A DNA stretch of 64,000 bases from Octopus sinensis (taxonomy: Eukaryota): NCBI RefSeq assembly GCF_006345805.1, contig NC_043019.1:8493360-8557359 (forward strand). The letters are read 5' to 3'. Under the pieces are notes generated by a model that did no database searches, had not been told where the DNA came from, and was given only the letters and a program-made list of their open reading frames with translations. The translations under genes and the position numbers were made by a program. This document shows positions 40,601 through 52,451 of the stretch, piece by piece. Each line of letters starts with the position of its first letter. Positions within the stretch are counted from its first letter, which is position 1.

Positions 40601-40801
40601 CACACTCACCATCTTTCTATAAAAGTGTAAAATGAAGACCTGATTAATTAAGTATAAATTGGCAAAGCACATTATTAGGAGAGGAAGGAGCTGCAGTAAT
40701 TATCAGATGGATGAAGTGCGATCGTGCTTACCTGCCCATAAACACACACGCACACACATATGTGTGTATAATATTTATATATGTCTCTGCATATATTATA
40801 C

Positions 40802-40852
<51 letters not shown>

Positions 40853-40908
40853 CAAACTTACCACATATATATATATTTACTTGCATTTATATATAGAGAG
40901 ATGTGTGT

Positions 40909-40979
<71 letters not shown>

Positions 40980-40981
40980 GG

Positions 40982-41018
<37 letters not shown>

Positions 41019-42581
41019 GGATAGATAGGTAGGTAAGTAGATAGAGATCGATAGCGAGATATACATATAGATGGGTATGTATTGTTTATGTATGTGTATC
41101 TATATTTATATTTGCATATATATGCGTGTATATGTGTGTGTTTACATATGTAGGGGTGTAAGATGTACCTGAATGTATACATACATTTATATTTAGGCAT
41201 AGACATGAATAAACAGTCATACACACACATGCATATGTAGAAAGATGCACAAGTGTACGTGTGTGTGTTTGTGTGTGAATCAATATGAAAATGGATGACG
41301 GCAAAACAGAAGTGGACTATATGTCCACTTTCGTATATAGGTCCCTATTAAGCGCTAATGCACTATATGTTATCCAGTGCTACCCATTATGTGGTCGGAT
41401 CATCAGCGACTAAATTAACAAAGTTACCTGGCTTCCTTGGTGAGGAGGATTATATTATATAGTTCGGTTTCTTTATTAGCCACAAGGGCCCAAACATAGA
41501 GGTGGGACAAACAAGGACAGACAGGGCACCACAGAGGGGACAATACGTAGAACGAATATGATGAGATGGTTATACAATAATGGGTTTATGAATGGCTGCA
41601 TGCGCCCCTCATCACATACGTTACCATTAATCTTTATAAACTGTCCTGTATTATCATGTGTTGACATACAATTAATTATCGTCTACCATTACAGTTATTC
41701 GAACCGTTATATACGTTCTCTAAAATTGTTCTCTTTTCCGATATTATTAAACATAACATAAAACACTTAAACTTTCTTTTTCCTTTTTTTCCTCCTTTTT
41801 CTTCTTCTTTTACTTTTATTTTTTCCTGTCGCTTTGACATACTTATTTACTTTTTAGTAATATTTCATTAGTGGTTCGATTTCTACTAAATCCACTATTG
41901 GTGGTAATTCTTTGAATTCCCCCTTTATTCCTAACGGGTCAATGTTAGGGGGGGTTATATTCTATAATTTGACACCACGTGCGTCAAAATATGAGAGCAA
42001 TCAAATAGCAGAGGAACTCATGCGTATTCAACGATCATCCAATAACACATACATACCCAAACACACACGCACGCACACACACACACACACACACACGCAC
42101 ACACATATATATAGGACAGCCACATTTAGTTGGCAAGTATATTTTATCATATGTATGTATATTTTTTATATAATTTTATCTTACTTATAATTTTAGATTT
42201 GAGCACTTTTAATTTTTATAGTTTTATAAGGTTAAATATGAGATACAATGATCTGAAGAACAATGCTGCCGTGAGTTCAAATCCTGCTGAGGCTACATTT
42301 GCAATAGGTGACGAGGGTCAGGTGCCAGACTAAAATATTAACCCTACAGGAGTAAACGTCAATTATGAAATGTAATTGAACGAGGGCTACGGTGAAACCA
42401 TGGGAAGCAGCATCATGGTTTTGTCTGTGACGGCGGAAAAGCTGTCTGCTACTCAGGAAACACTCAAAGACGCTGGGCAGAAGAACCTTCAAGATCACCC
42501 AGTTGAGTATGACAACTACGCAAACATCTGGAGGTGTGCTGTCTGTAGATAGAATATTCAGTTGAAGAACGCTAAGCATAT

Positions 42582-42629
<48 letters not shown>

Positions 42630-42980
42630 ATATATATATTATATATATTGGAGGACTATTAAAATATACAAATATACAAGTTACAAAGATACCAAAGATT
42701 CAGTATACACCACGTGGCAAAATTATGAGTTGAAAATATGTGGAAAAAATATAAAAGGCATTTCTCTTTCACGTTTTATATTTTTTCCACATACTTTCAA
42801 CCTGCGACGCGTAATCAAGGTGGTGTGAGTTCGAGTCGCATAGCCGGCCGCCTAGACTTTTTTCTGCAAAATAGGGGTGGCTTATTCTGTTCAGGCTATA
42901 TTATTAGCATTATCCTGCGTCTGAGAATTTAAAATCAGTTCTTTAACTTTCCATGACATCTCAACCCTTCTAAGGCACAC

Positions 42981-43117
42981 TTCTGGTAAATCCATTCTTT
43001 GAACTGAAATAAAAGCAGAATCACTGTACATGTTTTTGCGCCGTGGATTTTACCTATGTTAAATGATTTCGAATGTCCTTTATTTTGAAATTCATGAATT
43101 CATGTGACAAAAACGGT
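42981..43117 (+). repeat. Dispersed repeat, copy 2
   Basis: Homologous to 5296-5433. Confidence 0.75.
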
Positions 43118-43121
43118 ATTT

Positions 43122-43175
<54 letters not shown>

Positions 43176-44005
43176 GTGTGTGTGTGTGTAAGTGTGTGTG
43201 TGTGTGTGTGTGTGTGTGAGTATGAAAGGATATAAAGTGTGTTGATTATGTTAATTTTGTTCGTTTGTCATTTATTAAATTCACGCCACACTCGGCACTC
43301 GATCAACGCTTTATTCTCAAGCGTATATATTTGTACCATATAAATTCGTACCTTTTATATGCCTTACCCAATATCTTATATATATTATATGTATATATAT
43401 ATATATACCGATCACTCTATTTATCTACCTATTATCTATCTGTCTAATTATCTATCTATCTACGTGTCTGTCTGTACATCAATCTACATATCTATTTATC
43501 TATGTGTATAATTATGAACGTATGTAATTCGTTTCGTATCTATCTGTATGTCAATGTGTATGTATGTGTGTATATCCGTATGTACATGCGCTTGTAAGTA
43601 TGTATATCTGTGTGAATATATGTGTGCGGCCGAGTTCTTATTTGTGTATTCTTCAGTATCGCTGTAGGTTTTCAAAATCAGAGTCTAAAGAACTGATTCA
43701 AAATTGCGAAAATAAAGAAAACTATTTTGTACAACATTAAAAATGAAATAAAAATAGAAATGTCTGACTAACCCGAAATATATTCCGGGAGAGACACAAA
43801 ATGATGTGATTGTCTTCATAAAAACTAAAGAAAAGTTCCCTCCATTTCATGAATACCCACATACACAGAAACACATACGCACACACATATACATATGTAT
43901 ACGTATAAATATGTATGCGTATATTATATATATATTCTCTCTCTCTCTCTTTATATATATATATATTCTCTCTCTCTCTCTCTTTATATATATATATATT
44001 CTCTT

Positions 44006-44036
<31 letters not shown>

Positions 44037-44068
44037 ATATTATATCTCTATCTTCTCTCTCTCTCTCT

Positions 44069-44109
<41 letters not shown>

Positions 44110-45055
44110 TAGATATATATATATATATATATACATACATAGATAGATAGATATCTTCTATCTCTCTCTGTCTCTCTCACTCTGTCTATATATATATATA
44201 TATATATATATACAAGCACACACATACATACGTATATATATACTTACGTACATATATATATCTCTCTTCCCTTTCCAGCCCTCGCTATCATGGAAATGTC
44301 AAGTAGTGGTTATTTTTTAAACGTATACATTTCGAGTAGATTCGCCTCGAAAATAAAGATACTATTGACAGAAATAAATGAACAATTTACAATAATACAA
44401 AAGATAGTGAAAAGTAAAGAAAAGTCAGTGTGTTGTTTCTTTCTTATTTTCTGTTCTTTTAATCTGTAATAAAGACAATAGTTCGTGTTGCAGCTTGATA
44501 AGATTCTTAGAAGAAGTTAGTCGTCTGGAAACAACTGACAGAAGACAATTTAATCGCTGTTGAAACTGTATCATTTCAGTTGAAATATCTTGAACGCCGG
44601 CCGTCGACCCTCAGGAAATAGGAAGAATATCTCCCTCAAACATTCCGTATTTTCTTGATACTGGCACGTTAGAAAATAAAGCTTGCGTTACATTTTATAT
44701 GTGAAAAAATGTAGACATGTCTGGAATGGTTTTTCTTATTACATGTTGGCTCAATTTCCATGTACAAGACAACAACTGAAATAGCAACTAACTTCAATGT
44801 TTCTTTTCAGGTGCATCGCCGTCGTCTCCATGTTGCTATTTCTTGCTTCGTTTTCTCTCCTGTCTGAAAACTATGACTGGACTTTATGTCACCACTTGCT
44901 AAGTCAATCAATAAATTCTTTTCTCTACCATGTTCCTTCTTTTCAGTTTCACAGTTAGGAATAGTAGTTCAATGGGTCATTATTTCTCATAGAGTGCGAA
45001 ACGCACTTAACCGATTGCCTTCACAGAGTTGCAGAGAAAAAGCGTTGGAAATTAT

Positions 45056-45106
<51 letters not shown>

Positions 45107-45432
45107 TATATATATATAATATATTATATATAAATTTTCCTCGAATGAGGCTTTTACATGCCGAAGACTACTTGGTGTAATTGATAATTATTCCAAATTA
45201 ATTAATTTCACCCTTCATTATTACGGATAACCATATTTTATCTCAGTAGATGACCACAGCATCTTGTTTTGGCTACACGCGGGTGGGAAGGGGCTGGTGA
45301 CACAATCGTTTCATTCACAAATTGAATTCGGTGATACTAGTTGCGGATTCTAGCAGCTCGCTCTGATACTGAGTTGAGTTGGTGCCTTCTAGTATCTCAA
45401 AATCAATATATAATCATTTATGATTATAGTAT

Positions 45433-45539
45433 TCTACGCTGAAGAGAAAAGAAGTTTCGGTAAGATAGAATTATTTAATATTTAATATTTAATTCTTATG
45501 CTTTCCTAAAAACTTGATTTCGAAACGTACGTCCGTAGA
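45433..45539 (+). ncRNA. Type I hammerhead ribozyme, copy 1, all core positions intact
   Basis: tctacg(45433-38)-CTGAAGA(45439-45)-stem II gaaa...tttc(45446-45521)-GAAA(45522-25)-CGTAC-GTC(45531-33)-cgtaga(45534-39). Confidence 0.9.
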
Positions 45540-46035
45540 TAACTTAAAAATGTATGATAGATTGCAGTCAATTCATTCTCTCTTACCTGTTTGTGTCTGC
45601 CTTCCAATTGCTGTTTTTACTGAGATCTCCCTTTTTAGTAGAAGAAATAGCTATAACCCTTTGACTGCTATTTCTAAATTCGGTATGTGGTAAGGCAATT
45701 CCTTGCTAAACCCTTTATTGCTTAGTATTACTTAAATTTTCCTCGAATGAGGCTTTTACATACCGAAGACTACTTGGTGTAATTGATAATTATTCCAAAT
45801 TAATTAATTTCACCCTTCATTATTACGGATAACCAACTATTTTATCTCAGTAGATGACCACAGCATCTTGTTTTGGCTACAACGCGGGTGGGAAGGGGCT
45901 GGTGACACAATCGTTTCATTCACAAATTGAATTCGGTGATACTAGTTGCGGATTCTAGCTCGCTCTGATACTGAGTTGAGTTGGTGCCTTCTAGTATCTC
46001 AAAATTCAATATATAATCATTTATGATTATAGTAT

Positions 46036-46140
46036 TCTACGCTGAAGAGAAAAGAAGTTTCGGTAAGATAGAATTATTTAATATTTAATATTTAATTCTT
46101 ATGCTTCCTAAAAACTTGATTTCGAACGTACGTCCGTAGA
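46036..46140 (+). ncRNA. Type I hammerhead ribozyme, copy 2 (reads GAA instead of GAAA)
   Basis: Same layout; CTGAAGA 46042-48, C17 at 46134. One A is missing from GAAA, either a mutation or a homopolymer sequencing error. Confidence 0.75.
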
Positions 46141-46650
46141 TAACTTAAAAATGTATGATAGATTGCAGTCAATTCATTCTCTCTTACCTGTTTGTGTCTG
46201 CCTTCCAATTGCTTTTTTACTGAGATCTCCCTTTTTAGTAGAAGAAATAGCTATAACCTTTGACTGCTATTTCTAAATTCGGTATGTGGTAAGGCAATTC
46301 CTTGCTAAACCCTTATTGCTTAGTATTACTTAAAATTTCCTCGAATGAGGCTTTGACATACCGAAGACTACTTGGTGTAATGATAATATTCCAAATATTA
46401 ATTAATTTCACCCGTCATTGTTAGTGGATAACCATATAATATTATACTAAAAGTAGAGACCACAGCATCTTGTTTTGGCTACACGCAGAGATGGGATAGA
46501 GGGCTGTGACACCAATCGTTTAATTCAGAAATTTGAATTCAGGTGATACTAGGTTGCGGGATCTAGGCTCGCTCATACTTGAGTTGGTGTGTGGTGGCCT
46601 TCTAGTATCTCAAAAATTCTTCCAATTATATCATGTATGATTATAGTTAT

Positions 46651-46771
46651 TCTAACTGAAGAGAAAAAGAAAGTTTATGTTCGGTTAAGATACATGAATT
46701 ATTTAATATATATAATATTAATATCTTATGCTATCCCTAAAAACTTGTTTCGAAACGTGTACGTCCGTAGA
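46651..46771 (+). ncRNA. Type I hammerhead ribozyme, copy 3 (degraded or noisy)
   Basis: CTGAAGA 46656-62, GAAA 46752-55, GTC ending at 46765. The stem I 5' strand reads tctaa and stem III has a GT insertion. Confidence 0.6.
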
Positions 46772-47007
46772 TAACTTAAAAATGGTATGTATATAGATCG
46801 CTGTATATTCATGTCTCTCTTACCTGTTGTGTGTCTGCCTATATATAATTTGCTGTTTTTACTGAGATCTCCCTTGTAGTATGAAGATATATATATATAT
46901 ATATATTTGATGCTATATATATAAATTGTGTGTATTGTGGTAAGGGTAATTCGTTGCTATAACCTTTATTGCTTAGTATATATATATATATATATATACT
47001 ATTAAAT

Positions 47008-47233
47008 TAGAGAGTGAATATACCACTATTAGGCAAATCCTACAATGAACAACTTAGCCCAATACTAAGTATTAATTAATTTATATGATTTTAAAATATA
47101 TCAAAATTATTAAAGAAAAAAAGATAAGTTTGATATTATTTAAATAATATAAATTAATTAATATATATCATGATTGGATGTATAACTTAAGTTTTTCATT
47201 GCATGTATTTGCCTAATAGTGGTTTTATCTCTA
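47008..47233. mobile_element. MITE with ~45-bp imperfect TIRs
   Basis: Perfect 16-bp core ccactattaggcaaat (47023-38) / atttgcctaatagtgg (47207-22); outer tagag.../...ctcta; AT-rich interior. Confidence 0.8.
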
Positions 47234-47502
47234 TTATATAAATTATTTTTTAAATATTTTTTATAATGGATTATTTTTAAATTTGATTTTTTTTGTAAGT
47301 TTGGTTTATTTTTAATATTTATTTATATCTATACTATCCTATATATAATATATATACAATAGATTTACCTATGTATAATGGATATTCTTGTTAATATAGA
47401 GAAGAAGACTAGCTGAGATATCTTTATAATTATATATATGAGTATATATATAGATATATATATATATAGATAGATAGGATAGATAGATATATAGATAGTT
47501 GG

Positions 47503-47715
47503 GCTAGGCACAGGAATGCTGTTAGACCATGACTCACATATAAGGACAAGCTGAAGAGTAACCTCTTAGCAGTGAATATTGCTCACAACATCTTTCAGTG
47601 AACAGCCTTGGAGCGAACAAAATGGAGATTGTTATGGCAAAACGGAATAAGAAACTTTGGTGTTACCAGCGTTAACCGTCTTAGGGGCGCAAGGCAAAAG
47701 AGAAAAACAGCTGCA
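47503..47715 (+). pseudogene. RTE-clade LINE ORF C-terminal fragment
   Basis: RHRNAVRP*LTYKDKLKSNLLAVNIAHNIFQ*TALERTKWRLLWQNGIRNF resembles the RTE pattern RP..RYKD.LK......W...A.DR..WR......G...F. Two in-frame stops. Confidence 0.75.
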
Positions 47716-47868
47716 AATATATGGTAACGGTATACACAGCAATCCTCGAATCATGTTCATCTTCAATTTTGTAGAGATAATAATTGTTTTTAACTGCTAC
47801 ATTCATCATTAGAATGGATCAGATTGCGTTCCTGCGTCCCAGCTTTTTGCGCGAAGAAGAGAAATACC

Positions 47869-48100
47869 TATTTCTTTATTACCCACAAGGGGCTAGACAC
47901 AGAGGGGACAAACAAGGACAGACATAAGTATTAAGTCGATTACATCGACCCCAGTGCGTAACTGGTACTTAATTTATCGACCCCGAAAGGATGAAAGGCA
48001 AAGTCGACCTCGGCGGAATTTGAACTCACAACGTAACGCAGACGAAATACGGCTACGCATTTCGCCCGGCGTGCTAACGCTTCTGCCAGCTCGCCGCCTT
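47869..48100 (-). mobile_element. Young full-length SINE with 16-bp TSD
   Basis: TSD gaagaagagaaatacc at 47853-47868 and 48102-48117. Confidence 0.95.
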
Positions 48101-48700
48101 AGAAGAAGAGAAATACCGAGATGTTATCTTCAGCTTGCTAACTATTGGAAAATTAAGTTGAACAGTAATGGAATCACTATCGTTTCTTCCTTCACAGCAA
48201 TGAACAATTCGATTGCATGAATATTGATATGTTGTAGTGAAATGGTAGAAGTGCTTATTCTGATAAAGTTAGAATTATTATCGAATTGTGAAAGATATGT
48301 GAGTATGAGCTGCAATTAATGGAGAATGCTGATAGATATTAACTGTTAGTTGTGATCTAAACAGGCTAATGTAATAGAATACTTTTAATAATTGATTGTA
48401 AAGACAGATCCGAGATTGTTAATAATTGTTACAGCAAAACTGTTAAATTAGTTAATGTCAAACCACTTAATTCTGAAAATTACAGTCTGATAAAAGACTT
48501 CTTATACATTACTCACGGATAAAATTTCATTGGCAAGTAGCACGTTGCATTTCCTATTTAATTTTGATGAAAAACGATATTATTTATCAGCTCTGGCCTG
48601 GAGAGTCACGTGTGAATTCAAACTTAAACGCTGTAAGGCAAAACTTTATAAAATGTATTTTCCTTAAGGTATATTTGATGCAAATTTTCAGGATGTTATT

Positions 48701-48933
48701 TATCTCTTTAGTGCCCACAGGAGGCTAAACATAGAGGAGGCAAATAAGGACAGACAAAGTGATTAAGTCGATTATATCGACTCCATTGCCTAACTGGTAC
48801 TTATTTAATCGACCCCGAAGGGATGAAAGGCAAAGTCGACCCCGGCGGAATTTGAACTCAGAACGTAACGGCAGCTGAAATAACGCTAAGCATTCCAGCC
48901 GGCGTGCTAACGATTCTGCTAGCTCACCGCCTT
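48701..48933 (-). mobile_element. Full-length SINE with ~19-bp TSD
   Basis: TSD aaatttt(t)caggatgttatt at 48682-48700 and 48934-48953. Confidence 0.92.
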
Positions 48934-50932
48934 AAATTTTTCAGGATGTTATTGAAAGATTATTCTGACATCAGTGAAGCCTAGCTTCTATATGCTCTGA
49001 AAGAAAATAAGAAAAAATATATGAGTGTTTGTTTTCAAAATATGCATGCTGTTTGTGTTGTTATATGGTTGTGAAATGCTGACTTTTATTAAATATATTC
49101 GAGTAGAGAGTAGAAACAAAACTCAATGTTTAAATTTCATCTGACAAATGAAATATTCAAGTGAAAGTTTAGGAAATTATTGATCTGACATCATGGCGAT
49201 AAACACACTTAATGCGTGCCAATATGCAGAAGGCAATTGCACGGAAGACGCAGAAGTGAACGGAGAGGCAGAAACAGGAAATCCCATAATAACAACAATC
49301 CGTTCAAACACTAAACTTGAAACTGAGTTTGGTTTTTTCAATGGTTTTTTCAATGATGCCATTGTTAACGGTCCAAGAGGCCTCCAACATTAACAAGTAA
49401 ACGTTATATGAAGTGATATATGTCTCTCAAACACGAAAAATATTTGAAACTCTGTTCCCGAAAATCCAGATAAGAAATATTTCTAGCAAACACAAAATTC
49501 TCTGGTAGTTGCTGCAGCAAATCCACCAGAGGGACACACCGGATGACGAGTGAAATTATAAGTAATTTGCCTGCTTTGATAAATTCTTCAAAAGAAATTA
49601 TAATTTCAAACTTGATAATGGTTCTCTTCTTCCATTCATTGTTTTTCTCTTTATATACATACATACATATATATATATATATAATATATATATATCAGAC
49701 GAATTTCTCAAACATAATTATTGAATTACTGAACCTTAAGATAGGTCACGCATTGTCACACAATCAAGCCCTGTCTAAATTTAGCGAAAGCACACCAAGG
49801 ACTATCTACTGTACTGACATTTTTTTTTGTTTTGCCTGTGTTTTCTTTCAGTGTTTTTGTTTGCGAATTGTGCGAAAGCGTTCGTAGGCTGGAATAATTT
49901 TGAGAACCAAGGTAACTCTGAAAGATGGTGTAGAGAAATTTATCGATAAATGACGCAGAGGCTATCCAGGGGTAACAGCAGTATTTAGAAATCTTCAGTT
50001 CCCAACATCAAGGTTTTCAAATAACTGGGTGTTATATCGGTAAAACGTTTAAACAGGATCTTGTTTTTACATATTTAAGGAACCCTTTGTAGATCAAAAG
50101 CAATTGTTTGGCTAAGAAATTTATATTCCGAAACAATGATGTCTTCAACTGCGCCGCATATCTTTGTCTTTGTCCGTCTTCAGTCTGTATGTATCTCTCT
50201 CTCTTTCTCCCTTTCATTCTCTCCCTCCTGCGCTCTTTTTTCCTCCCCTTCTCTCTCTCTCTCTTTATCTATCTATCTTTCTATCTCTACCTCTCTCGCT
50301 CGCTTTCTCCGGGTGTACTGGGCGTGATATATATTGGAGAAGTGCCTGTAAGAATGTGCCAAGTCAAAGTTGTTGCCGGTTCTAAGAATTAAATACATAC
50401 AGGATCGTACACACATATAGATCTTCTTACGATTGCCTGACCATATGAGAGTGTATGTATGCATTTATGTGTATATACAAATATGCATATGTACATGTAT
50501 ATATATATATGTGTGTTTATATGTGCATGTATGTATCTCCCTCTCTCTCTCTCTCTCTCTCTCTAAATATATATATATATATATATGCATGTATGCATAC
50601 GTATATATAGGTATATATATCTACATACATATATGTCTATGTGTAAGACTGTGCAATTGTGCATAGGTATGTGCGTGTGGGTACTTCAGATGCCACATTT
50701 CAACACAGCATTAACACACATCAATTTCCACAGCGTACTCGCACGGGACGGCCTCCCATAAAAGAGTACACGTCATTTCCTTTTCCCATATCCAAATATG
50801 TGTTTTCTTTATTTCACTTATTACGTTTCAACCGTTCACTCAGTCCATCTTTAATGTTTATTGGAGGACATCAACCTAAGAAGATAAATGAGATATTCAG
50901 CTAATGTAGGGGAATGCATAATCCATTCTCAT

Positions 50933-50968
<36 letters not shown>

Positions 50969-50971
50969 ACG

Positions 50972-51003
<32 letters not shown>

Positions 51004-51347
51004 TATAAATAAACACACATATATGTGTATATACGCACAAATATATATATATATATATATACATACAGATTTATATGCATACATATATATGTGCATATAT
51101 ATATATGAACTTGTATATATGAATACTATATATATATATATATATATATGTGAGGGGGTGCATTGATCTTAATGCACATTAAACCGGTGGCTAAATAACA
51201 AGGAATATGAAAGCATAATTCTTTTTCTAAGAACACATTCGAAGTTCTGTGCTTTCTGTTTATTATAACGGTAAATGGATATTAAATGAAATCTATTCGC
51301 TCGAAACGACACTGAATCCACGAACACATACTCAAAACGAAAAAATA

Positions 51348-51836
51348 CAGTAGAATCTCTCAGTACGAGTGCCCCATTGTACGAGTAATTTGTTGTACGA
51401 ACCGAGACTAGTGCGAATTTTTGTCTTCAAGAACGAGCAGAAATCCGGAGTACGAGCACAGAAATGGTCCCATCTCTAAGGTAATTCAGTTAATAAAACC
51501 AGTTTACATATTTCTTTTGCATTCTCTTGTATCTGGGGAGAGAGATTCACTTTTGGTGCCTTATAATCTAACACACTCACCGGTAAAATTTCCACTTGTT
51601 TCTGTTTTTATTTTCTTAAACTTTTCGTTGCGTCTTACAACCTTTTCAATAGTTTTACATTTTCATTTTTATAATTGTCATTTGGCTTCTAACCACACCT
51701 TTTTTTCTGTTTTAAAACCCATAAAATTACTTTTTAGTGGTTTTACGGGTCTGGAACAGATTAATCATATTTATTTAATTTCAATGGGGAAAATTGATTT
51801 ATGGAACGATTTACACTTGTACTAAGTATCACGGTA
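51348..51836. mobile_element. Pogo/Tigger-like non-autonomous DNA transposon remnant
   Basis: ta|cagtagaatctct...gtacgag start, internal ggaacagattaat...atttcaatggggaaa motif, degenerate inverted end ...gtactaagtatcacgg|ta. Confidence 0.55.
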
Positions 51837-52153
51837 AAATATTTCTCTAACTTTCAGGTGTACCATCTTCTTCTATGCTTGTTCTTTCGCTTCTTAGACT
51901 ATCCTGAAAATATTCTGTTCCAAAATAACTACCATTTCAACCGTCCGCAGTTTCTCTTTACGCCTTCTCATGCCATACTGCTTCAGTTTGAATTTTGGAG
52001 AACTTTGCAAGATTTATCTATATTTTATTGTTTTTTTTTTACTTGGTTCATCACAGTGCGACCATGCTGTAGCAGCGACTTGAAGAATTTCAATCAAGGA
52101 AATCGACTCCAGTAATTATTTGGATGGATAGATAGACAGATAGATAGATATAT

Positions 52154-52215
<62 letters not shown>

Positions 52216-52451
52216 TACACACGGATAGATAGATAGATAGATAGGACGGGCGTCTTTCTCTTTCCGACTACAAAATCCACCAACAAGGCCAGAGCATATA
52301 GTACGAAGCACTGGTTGAAGGTCTCAGAGAAAGTTAAATCTGAAGGCAGAACCAAGTGATTGGGAAGCACGATTCTTACAACACGGCCACAACTGCACTT
52401 AAAGGGGTTTTTTTTATGTTTTCTTGCGTTGTAAATCCCTAGAAATGAAAT

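Larger units (their letters stand above)
45131..46977 (+). repeat. Head-to-tail array of three ~600-bp non-coding units, each with a hammerhead ribozyme motif
   Basis: Unit starts (taaa[t/a]tttcctcgaatgagg) at 45131, 45733 and 46331. Copies 1 and 2 differ mostly by small indels; copy 3 is noisier. Bounded by (AT)n on both sides. Confidence 0.95.

Noticed and set aside
42390-42555. Possible RTE 3' fragment or 50-codon ORF ending WRCAVCR
   Set aside because: Only the WR.AV motif matches; too weak to call.
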